This document shows positions 8,187 through 15,113 of a stretch of 17,384 nucleotides of DNA, piece by piece (positions within the stretch are counted from its first letter, which is position 1; each line of letters begins with the position of its first letter). The notes beneath the pieces were generated by a model that had not been told where the DNA came from, did not search any database, and was given only the letters and a program-made list of their open reading frames with translations. Position numbers and translations under genes: made by a program. Source of the DNA: Candidatus Hodarchaeaceae archaeon (GTDB taxonomy: Archaea; Hadarchaeota; Hadarchaeia; Hadarchaeales; Hadarchaeaceae); contig JASEGJ010000022.1 of the NCBI GenBank assembly GCA_030018135.1, positions 1 to 17,384 on the forward strand. Direction: 5' to 3'.

Positions 8187-9350
8187 TCAGCCCTTGTCAA
8201 ACTTTTCTACCATTTGGATAAATCTGTCACAAACCTTCGGCCAGGTGTAGGTGGCCTCCACATATTCTCTGCCCTTTTCAGCCAACTTTCGCCTTTTTTC
8301 CTCCTCGGAAAGCAAATTGCATATCTCACGCGTAGCCTCTGAAGCATCCCTAAATAAAAATCCACGTTTCCCGACCACTTCCCGGTGGGCCGGAATGTCC
8401 GACACGACGGGGAAAGCCCCACACGCTAGCGCCTCGATGGGTACTATCCCAAATCCCTCGAACTCGGAGCACGAGAGCAGGACCTTAGCCCGTTGTAATA
8501 CCCTGAGCTTCTCCTGCTCCGCGACGAACCCCCTAAATTTTATACCTTTATCCTTAGCCAGCTCCATTAACCTCCTCCTGTCTGGGCCATCCCCAACGAT
8601 AACGAGCTTAACATCAGGCACCTTTTCCTTCACCCGCCTGAAAATCTCTATCGCCATGTCCACGCGCTTGTAGGACACCAGCCTCCCCAGTACCGCTATC
8701 GTCTGCTGCTTTTCCTTGGAGTACTTGTACTTCTCTATCTCTATCCCGTTGCCCGTCACGAATATCCTCTCCCTCGCTATGCCGTAGCTCCTGACCATGG
8801 GCTCGATGTTCTGAACTGAAACAGTTTCAACGAGGTCGGCATATCTGGGTAGGTTGTTGTAGAGCCAGACGTAGAAGAGGCCCGGATAAACGAGCGGACC
8901 GTAATCCCTCCTGTAGTGATGAAGATAGAGCGGGATCTCGTACACATCGTGCACCTCGGCAATCAACGGGATTTTATGCGCCCTCGCCAGCACGAAAACC
9001 CTTGGAAAGGCGAACGACATGGGGGTGACGAGGAAATCGGGCTTTTTCGCTTTAAGGATCCTATTGAGCGCCCTAACACAAGAAACGGTGTTGACCGCCA
9101 TGTTTTTCAAGGAGACGGCTATGGGCTCATCGAACCAAGGGGAATAAGAGCCATACCTGATGAACTCGATACCATCGATGACCTCGTGTTCTGGCGTCCC
9201 TCTCCACCTACCCGTGACCATCTTCACCCCATGCCCTCTTTTAACCAGCTCCCTCGACAAGAAGAACGCATGCGCCTCCCCTCCGCCCGGGATCACCAGC
9301 TTCTCGCCCTTCCGATGAGGGAAGACCTCGCTAACGAAGCAGAACTTCAT
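8187..9350 (-). CDS. GT4 glycosyltransferase
   Basis: 387 aa; GGGE N-terminal loop, GRLVSYKRVD, IVGDGP, EGFGIVPIEALACG (EX7E), YTW C-terminus. Confidence 0.92.
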   Translation of the reverse strand: MKFCFVSEVFPHRKGEKLVIPGGGEAHAFFLSRELVKRGHGVKMVTGRWRGTPEHEVIDGIEFIRYGSYSPWFDEPIAVSLKNMAVNTVSCVRALNRILKAKKPDFLVTPMSFAFPRVFVLARAHKIPLIAEVHDVYEIPLYLHHYRRDYGPLVYPGLFYVWLYNNLPRYADLVETVSVQNIEPMVRSYGIARERIFVTGNGIEIEKYKYSKEKQQTIAVLGRLVSYKRVDMAIEIFRRVKEKVPDVKLVIVGDGPDRRRLMELAKDKGIKFRGFVAEQEKLRVLQRAKVLLSCSEFEGFGIVPIEALACGAFPVVSDIPAHREVVGKRGFLFRDASEATREICNLLSEEEKRRKLAEKGREYVEATYTWPKVCDRFIQMVEKFDKG

Positions 9351-9417
9351 TTTTATCCCCCACAGTTTTCAAACTTTTTTAGTCCAAAGAGCTGTTAAAT
9401 CTATGTTTTGCCCCAAG

Positions 9418-9678
9418 TCAACCCCAAGACCCAAGTATAAAGGCCGCATGAAAGCGGAGCCGTCGGCGTGATTCAAGCTTCATCCCCGCGGAAGAGACGA
9501 ATACTCTATGGATGTGTACGCCTTCGTGCACCTCGTAGCTCGGCAAACCTCTGAACCTCCGCGTGAGGATGTGGATCTCGTGTCCTTTGGCCAACCTCCT
9601 TGCGGTCTCGTACATCCGCGTTTCCTCGCCGCCCAGCAGAAAAGGGTAGAAGAGATCCGAGGCCATAAGAATACGCAT
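9418..9678 (-). pseudogene. GT4 N-terminal fragment, copy 1 (longest, 86 codons)
   Basis: MRILMASDLFYPFLLGGEETRMYETARRLAKGHEIHILTRRFRGLPSYEVHEGVHIHRV is a typical GT4 N-terminus; the frame closes early with no C-terminal domain. Confidence 0.85.
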
Positions 9679-9745
9679 CAGCTCACCCCCAAGCAATCAC
9701 TTCCAGAGCGGTCTGTAAATGATTCTCCCCCAATCTTTCTCTCCC
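9679..9745 (-). pseudogene. Remnant C-terminus of a DUF4143 ATPase paralogue
   Basis: Reads GRIIYRPLWK*LLGGE (TGA at 9697-9699), compared with KIRFIPLWKWLLGGS at the end of 11016..12269. Confidence 0.75.
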
Positions 9746-10378
9746 CTAAACTTGGGACACCCAAACATCCAGCTTCTCATATTCTGCTCCAAACCTCTGC
9801 AGCGCGTCCGTCAGCTCCTTTAGGTTCTTCGCTGGAACCAAGACAGATGCTATGCCGGTCCTTCTGCCCCCCAACTTTTCGATCAGCCCCGCAACCTCAC
9901 TTTTGTATGTCTTCCCCCCATATCGTTTAACCGTCCGATGCCCATAAAGCGCCCTTTTGAGCCTCATCTTGTCGGGTTTGCCAATTTTTTTAAGGGAAAA
10001 GTGTACGAGCGAGCACGGCTCCAGCTTTAATCTTTTAGCATCTACTTGCGGGACCTTGCCGTACAGGATTAGACCCTCCTTGAACACTTCCTCGATGAAT
10101 TGACTGTCAAGTCCGTCGAAATTTTTGTTCGTGAAAACGAGTGATACGCCCCTGCCGAATTCTTTCTCGAGGTTCAAACCGATTTCGCCGACATGTCTTC
10201 GGAGTTCTTTGCTTACCGGTTTTTGCGTGTCCGAGATCACGAGAAAGTCCACATCGCTTCTAGGGTCAGCCTCCCCCTCAGCTACCGAGCCGAAAAGGAT
10301 TAAGGATCGAACTTCAGGAATGCCGGAAATCCTCTTTGCGAACTCAAACACCAAGTCCTTAAACTCGGTTTGAATCAT
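9746..10378 (-). CDS. MNT (Pol-beta-like minimal nucleotidyltransferase) antitoxin with an extra ~90-aa C-terminal domain
   Basis: ILFGSVAEGEADPRSDVDF (GS..D.D) and EEVFKEGLILYG; the ORF continues to 210 aa. Confidence 0.85.
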   Translation of the reverse strand: MIQTEFKDLVFEFAKRISGIPEVRSLILFGSVAEGEADPRSDVDFLVISDTQKPVSKELRRHVGEIGLNLEKEFGRGVSLVFTNKNFDGLDSQFIEEVFKEGLILYGKVPQVDAKRLKLEPCSLVHFSLKKIGKPDKMRLKRALYGHRTVKRYGGKTYKSEVAGLIEKLGGRRTGIASVLVPAKNLKELTDALQRFGAEYEKLDVWVSQV

Positions 10379-10797
10379 TTCCTCGCCCCATTATCACGAA
10401 AACTTTCTTTTGTGGACTTTCGTAATACTGGATTGGAACCCAAGTGCTTTTCACAAATATTTTTGACGACCTCCGTCAGCTCCTGGGTTCTCTCTAACGC
10501 CTCGCCGTTTATGGCGCCACCGTAAGCCTGCCCCGGTCGGATTTGATTCTCTACTTCTTGGAACGCCCGCCAAACCTTTTCCGTGTCTTCTCCAAAAATT
10601 CCTTTGTTCAATTCGAGGACGTTTCTCACGAGTTTGTGTTTGTTGATATGAATTCGGTGTTTCGCGGTTACCGCCTCGATCAGGTGAAATGTCGCCTCAA
10701 AGAAAGCCTCTATCCTAGTGGGCTCCGAGTTCTGCTCGTTTGTTACGTCCTTCAGGAACATGTGATACTTTTTAATGTGAATCTCGAACGATGACAT
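10375..10797 (-). CDS. HEPN-superfamily protein, putative toxin partner of the MNT
   Basis: 140 aa, helical pattern; EAFFEATFHLIEA, a conserved-type H, RPGQAY (RX4Y); ATGA overlap with the MNT. Confidence 0.65.
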   Translation of the reverse strand: MSSFEIHIKKYHMFLKDVTNEQNSEPTRIEAFFEATFHLIEAVTAKHRIHINKHKLVRNVLELNKGIFGEDTEKVWRAFQEVENQIRPGQAYGGAINGEALERTQELTEVVKNICEKHLGSNPVLRKSTKESFRDNGARK

Positions 10798-10818
10798 ACT
10801 CTTCCCTTGTTTATATTG

Positions 10819-10854
10819 TATTACGCAAAATACCTATTTATAGTTTTCGTTATA
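10819..10854 (-). promoter_or_regulatory. HEPN-MNT promoter: TATA inside an imperfect 36-bp inverted repeat
   Basis: Minus-strand TATAAATA (10835-10842) flanked by TATTACGCAAAA and TTTTCGTTATA; a related copy sits at 10392-10427. Confidence 0.5.
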
Positions 10855-10893
10855 TTATCTTAGAAAAAGCGGGGAGCAATCGAGAAAAAGTTT

Positions 10894-11016
10894 CTATAGG
10901 TCGTGAGGATGTGGGGTTTCGTGTTTCACCAACCTGCGCACTATCTCGTACATCCGCTTTTCCCCACCGCCAAGAAGGAAGGGGTGGAAGAGGTCCGAGG
11001 CCATCAGGATTCGCAT
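10894..11016 (-). pseudogene. GT4 N-terminal fragment, copy 2 (40 codons)
   Basis: MRILMASDLFHPFLLGGGEKRMYEIVRRLVKHE, then a frameshifted HILT. DNA similarity to copy 1 ends at 10902. The ATG overlaps the ATPase stop (TGATG). Absent from the ORF track because it is short. Confidence 0.85.
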
Positions 11017-12269
11017 CAGGACCCCCCAAGCAGCCACTTCCATAGGGGAATGAAGCGTATTTTTACCCCCCCAACTGTTTCACTTCCCTCAACATCCTTA
11101 GTTACAATCGTGCCTTCTTCAGCACCGAGTTCTCTCGCGCACGACACGAGCCCCCCGACCTCGCGCTTTCGCACCTTGTCGCTCATTTCGACCACGACCT
11201 GCACCAGCTCCTCCACCCTCACCCCTTTCCTGGTCACGAAATCCGTTTCAGCTCCCCGCCTGTCTTTCCAGTAGTGGATTTCGTGGTTTTGCGGCAGCCG
11301 CCTTTTCAACTCCAAGAACACGGCGTTTTCGAAGAGCCGGCCCATATCGACTTTTCCACTCACCGTATACATGAAACCGGTGTCCCCCAGATACGCCTTC
11401 CTCGGGTACTGCAACCGGTCCTTTATGCTGTACGAAAATATGGGGACGAAGAAGAAAAGGTAGCCGTCCTGAGAGCGTTTTTCCAAGTTGAGGATGCTCT
11501 GTTTGCCGATTTTGTGGCCGAGGCTTTTGAATAGGTTCAGACACTTCGAGGCGGAGAAGTACGGCGTCTCGACGATGTACTTTCCGAACAGCTCTACTGT
11601 GGTCGGAGTTTCCCCAGCCATCTCGGCCACATCGAGCCCCGCGATGTCCTTGAAGTAAGAGTTAAGCAGTTTGACCTTGTCCGTTTTATCGCTGAGGAGG
11701 ACGACCTCCGGGAACCCCCCGTAAATGAGGTAGTCGTGCAGCGCCCTCTCTATTTTGCCCAGTCCGACGGTCGTCCGTTCGAACTCTATGCCGCAGAACT
11801 GCAGAAACTCCTTGAACGATAGGGGGTAAAGCTCGTACGTCAGCACTCTCCCCCTGAGCGGTTTGCTGGGCACCGCGAGCCTTTTCCGCGAGGAGCTCAC
11901 AATCAGGTGCAGCTTTTCCTTCAGTAGCTCATGGTTGCGGGAGAGCCACCCTTCCCAGTCCCAAACATTTGTTATCTCATCCAGCAACAAGTAGCCAGTG
12001 TCTCCGAACCACTTCAGTATCTCGTCGAGGACATTCCGCGCATCCTTGATCCTGCTGTCCTCCAGATCGATGTATCCAGCCTTTTTGCCTTCCTTGGCCA
12101 GCTTCTGGTGCAAGAGGATCAGCAGGCTGGACTTCCCCGCCCTCCGTATGCCGGTGACCCCTATTATCTTCAGCAGGGAGTTGGCTTCCATGGCGTCGAG
12201 ATCGGTTGCCCGCGGCTTGAGCTGTTTTTTGAGAGCGTAGGTGTTCCACTCGTCGAACACTTGCTGCAT
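11016..12269 (-). CDS. AAA_14 ATPase with DUF4143 / PD-(D/E)xK-like C-terminal domain
   Basis: 417 aa; Walker A GIRRAGKS, Walker B LLLDE, LYPLSFKEF, YGGFPE, KAYLGDTG, GRLFENAVFLEL, ETDFV..VQV, PLWKWLL. Confidence 0.9.
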   Translation of the reverse strand: MQQVFDEWNTYALKKQLKPRATDLDAMEANSLLKIIGVTGIRRAGKSSLLILLHQKLAKEGKKAGYIDLEDSRIKDARNVLDEILKWFGDTGYLLLDEITNVWDWEGWLSRNHELLKEKLHLIVSSSRKRLAVPSKPLRGRVLTYELYPLSFKEFLQFCGIEFERTTVGLGKIERALHDYLIYGGFPEVVLLSDKTDKVKLLNSYFKDIAGLDVAEMAGETPTTVELFGKYIVETPYFSASKCLNLFKSLGHKIGKQSILNLEKRSQDGYLFFFVPIFSYSIKDRLQYPRKAYLGDTGFMYTVSGKVDMGRLFENAVFLELKRRLPQNHEIHYWKDRRGAETDFVTRKGVRVEELVQVVVEMSDKVRKREVGGLVSCARELGAEEGTIVTKDVEGSETVGGVKIRFIPLWKWLLGGS

Positions 12270-12325
12270 AATATTGTTTTTCTACAGAACAATATTTAAG
12301 TATTATTGTTTTTATATGGAACAAT
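12270..12325 (-). promoter_or_regulatory. ATPase promoter with two ATTGTT-N9-AACAAT operators
   Basis: AATATTGTT-N9-AACAATATT (12270-12296) and ATTGTT-N9-AACAAT (12305-12325). Minus-strand TTAAATA at 12293-12299 lies 24-30 nt before the ATG. Confidence 0.65.
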
Positions 12326-12341
12326 TTTTGAGTGGGTGTTT

Positions 12342-12463
12342 AGTTCGTATGTGGTTCGAGTTCATCGTTTTTTCGGCCAACCTGCGCGCTACCTCGTACA
12401 TCCGTGTTTCCTCGCCGCCAAGCAGGAAAAGGTGGGAGAGACCGAAGCCATCAGGATGTGCAT
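12342..12463 (-). pseudogene. GT4 N-terminal fragment, copy 3 (frameshifted)
   Basis: MHILMAS, a 1-nt deletion, then LSHLFLLGGEETRMYEVARRLAEK..HIRT. Clear DNA similarity to copies 1 and 2 over 12375-12463, weaker down to about 12342. Confidence 0.8.
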
Positions 12464-13149
12464 CGGCTAACCTGCCCCATCTTGATAGTAAGGTAGGTGG
12501 AATGCCGGGTGAATATCCGTGAAAGGAGATTCGAAATCCGGCGGGGGAAAGGGTAAATCCCGCAACCCACGAGCTTTTCCACTTTAAATCCATGATATCT
12601 TGCGAGGTCTCTAAGCGCCGCAGCCGTGAATAACTTAACGTGACCGTGGGTTTCGGTTCCATAAAGAAAATTACCACCTGGACTCTGCTCACGTGCGGGC
12701 CGGGAGGCATCATACCTAAGCCCATAAAAGCTAAGTTGTGGAATGAGCTCAGATTTGCCGTCGATATCACCGCGTAACCTCCGGGGTCTAAAATCCTCCG
12801 AATCTCCGAGAAAAAGCCATCCGTGTTCCAAAGGTGCTCCAGGACTTGATTCGATACGACAACATCGAAAGAGTCGTCTTCGTGTGGGAACTTTGCATTC
12901 GCATCGTGTTTGATCGCCTCAATTCCCTTTTCCCTCGCTTGTTCCACACCATATTCATCGATGTCCATGCCATACAACCTCTTCGTCCCGATCACCCCCC
13001 ACTTTAAGCGTGAATTCGCCGGAAGTGCACCCGATGTCCAATACCCTCGCGTCGCTGTCCTTTTCCAGAAGCGAGAGCACCCTATGCTGGTTCTCCTGAT
13101 AATGTCCGCTAGCAAATCCGAAAAACTTGCTATCACTCCACTTTCTCAT
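12451..13149 (-). pseudogene. Class I SAM methyltransferase, two frameshifts
   Basis: Motifs fall in three frames: RVLDIGCTSG (12955..13242 frame); LYGMDID..FDVVVSNQVLEHL..RILDPGG (12312..13136 frame); GHVKLFT..HGFKVEK (12451..12831 frame). Shifts occur near 12995-13000 and about 12675-12680. Confidence 0.85.
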
Positions 13150-13802
13150 CAGCTCACCCTCTGCTTCAGCAGCGCCCAAAATATCTTGAACCCGCTGGCG
13201 ATGGTCGTCCCCCGCGCCTTCGAGTACGGGGTGTAGAAACACCTGACCGGAACCTCCTTGAGCCCCAACCCAAGTTTCCGTGCCTGGACTATTATTTCAG
13301 ACGAGACCTCGTAGCGGTCGCTCCGGATGCGGATCGCCTCGAGCGCCCGGCGGTTGAACGCTCTAGAGCCGGACTGGGAGTCCGTGAATACGCCCGAAAA
13401 GAGGTAGGTTATGAAATTCAGCCCAAAATTCCCTATTCGCTTGTGAAGAGGTATGCCAAGGTGCTGCCTGACGCCTATTGCTACGTCCCCTCCGTCCAAA
13501 GCCTCCAAAAGCCTTTGCACGGCTTTGGGGTCATGCTGCCCATCTGCGTCGAAGGTGACGGCTCGATCAGCTCCCCTCTCGCGAGCAGCCCCCAAACCGG
13601 TCCTGAGTGCTGCCCCGAGTCCCATATTTTTGGGATGGCTAATGACCAGCGCACCCTTCGAGCGGGCGATCTCAACCGTCCGATCAGTTGAGCCGTCGTC
13701 GACCACTATGACATTCGCCCAGCCCTCAGTGCGTAGGGAGTCAAGTACCCCTCCTATGGTCCGCTCCTCATTGTGGGCAGGCATGACTATCCAGACTTTC
13801 AT
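13149..13802 (-). CDS. GT2 glycosyltransferase, DPM1/AglJ-like polyprenol-phosphate glycosyltransferase
   Basis: VMPAHNEE, VVDDGSTD, N.GLGAA, FDADGQH, TDSQSGSRAF; ATG 13802 preceded by GTGAGG. Confidence 0.88.
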   Translation of the reverse strand: MKVWIVMPAHNEERTIGGVLDSLRTEGWANVIVVDDGSTDRTVEIARSKGALVISHPKNMGLGAALRTGLGAARERGADRAVTFDADGQHDPKAVQRLLEALDGGDVAIGVRQHLGIPLHKRIGNFGLNFITYLFSGVFTDSQSGSRAFNRRALEAIRIRSDRYEVSSEIIVQARKLGLGLKEVPVRCFYTPYSKARGTTIASGFKIFWALLKQRVS

Positions 13803-13882
13803 TTTCCTCACACTTAATTGGTTTCGGGCCCTGATTAAACCCTAACTTTATGACCTTCTAGAAATAAGAAATGAGGGATCAA

Positions 13883-14365
13883 ATGGAGATGAAAATAGTA
13901 AAGCTCGAAGCGCCCGAGGGCTGCCAACTTGTGCTGGGTCAGACTCATTTCATTAAGTCGGTCGAGGACATCTACGAAGCGATGGTAAACTCAGTGCCAA
14001 GCGTGAAGTTCGGGATCGGCTTTTGCGAATCGTCTGGGCCCTGTCTAGTTCGTCACAGCGGGAACGACGAGGCACTTGAGAAGCTTGCTGCTGAGAAAGC
14101 CCTCGAGCTCTCCTGTGGGCATTGTTTCCTCCTCTTCATGAGGGGCGCGTATCCGATCAACGTGCTCAATGCCATGAAACAAGTACCAGAGGTCTGTTCC
14201 ATCTTCTGCGCCACCGCTAATCCCGTCGATGTGATCGTCGCAGAAACCGAGCAGGGACGCGGCATCCTGGGGGTGATCGATGGACTGAAGAGTAAGGGCA
14301 TCGAAGGGCCCAAAGACGTAGCGGAGCGGAAGGAGTTCCTCCGGAGGATAGGCTACAAGCTCTAG
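13883..14365 (+). CDS. Adenosine-specific kinase family protein (DUF355)
   Basis: [58 protein letters not shown]. The start may be 13871, 13883 or 13889. Confidence 0.88.
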   Translation: MEMKIVKLEAPEGCQLVLGQTHFIKSVEDIYEAMVNSVPSVKFGIGFCESSGPCLVRHSGNDEALEKLAAEKALELSCGHCFLLFMRGAYPINVLNAMKQVPEVCSIFCATANPVDVIVAETEQGRGILGVIDGLKSKGIEGPKDVAERKEFLRRIGYKL

Positions 14366-14435
14366 GCTAGGCGCTTTTCAAAAAGAAGGAAATACTTTTC
14401 GGCTCGAGAGTATATAGGAGGTTGAGGCTCTGAAG

Positions 14436-15113
14436 ATGAACAAAGGGCTAGTACATCTCCCGCTCACCCTGCCCTTCTTCCTCCTATTCATCCTCCTCGC
14501 CCTACTCTTCCCCTTGATCATGAGCGAGGCGTTCATGCGGTTGGGTTTTTCCCCCCTCGCAGCCCTCTACTTCCTGATATTTTCGATATTCGGGAGTGCC
14601 ATCAACATCCCCCTCAAGACCATCTACACCGCTGGGGAGATAGTGAGGGTGAGGGTCCATAGTTTCTACGGGTTGCTCCATCCCGAGTTGGTTCGGGAGC
14701 ACGGCAGGAGAAGAACCGTGATTGCCATGAACGTCGGCGGAGCGTTGGTCCCCATCCTCGTATCCAGTTTTCTGTTCCTAAGGTTCGGTACAGCCCTATC
14801 CTGGCGGGTCCCCCTTGGGATAGCACTTGTCTCCGCGATATGTTTCAAGCTCGCGCGAATCGTGCCTAGGGTCGGGATCGTGATGCCAGCTTTTATCCCC
14901 CCGCTTGCTGCAGCCGCGGTAGCAATCCCTTTGGGTGGGACTTCAGCCCCAGCCCTAGCCTACATCTCGGGCGTCTGCGGGGTGCTGCTGGGGGCGGACC
15001 TATTGAACCTTAGGGAAGTTTCGAAGCTGGGGGCGCCGGTGATGAGCATAGGCGGAGCCGGCACATTCGATGGAATTTTTCTGACGGGGATAATCTCGGT
15101 CCTCTTGGTCTAA
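14436..15113 (+). CDS. DUF1614 family membrane protein
   Basis: 225 aa, hydrophobic; GSAINIP, IAMNVGGALVP, LLGADLLNL, SIGGAGTFDGIFLTG. Confidence 0.85.
   Translation: MNKGLVHLPLTLPFFLLFILLALLFPLIMSEAFMRLGFSPLAALYFLIFSIFGSAINIPLKTIYTAGEIVRVRVHSFYGLLHPELVREHGRRRTVIAMNVGGALVPILVSSFLFLRFGTALSWRVPLGIALVSAICFKLARIVPRVGIVMPAFIPPLAAAAVAIPLGGTSAPALAYISGVCGVLLGADLLNLREVSKLGAPVMSIGGAGTFDGIFLTGIISVLLV

Noticed and set aside
9697-9699. In-frame TGA as selenocysteine or Trp recoding
   Set aside because: It lies in a short remnant with no upstream gene body, and TGA is used as a normal stop elsewhere in the window.
9562-12463. The three repeats as a CRISPR array or a DGR template/variable pair
   Set aside because: Units are about 100 bp, protein-coding and more than 1.3 kb apart. 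Differences are not adenine-specific, and no cas or reverse transcriptase gene is present.
12312-13136. 274-aa ORF as a real MTase-GT fusion
   Set aside because: It is a chimera of the middle frame of the MTase pseudogene and the frameshifted GT4 stub3.
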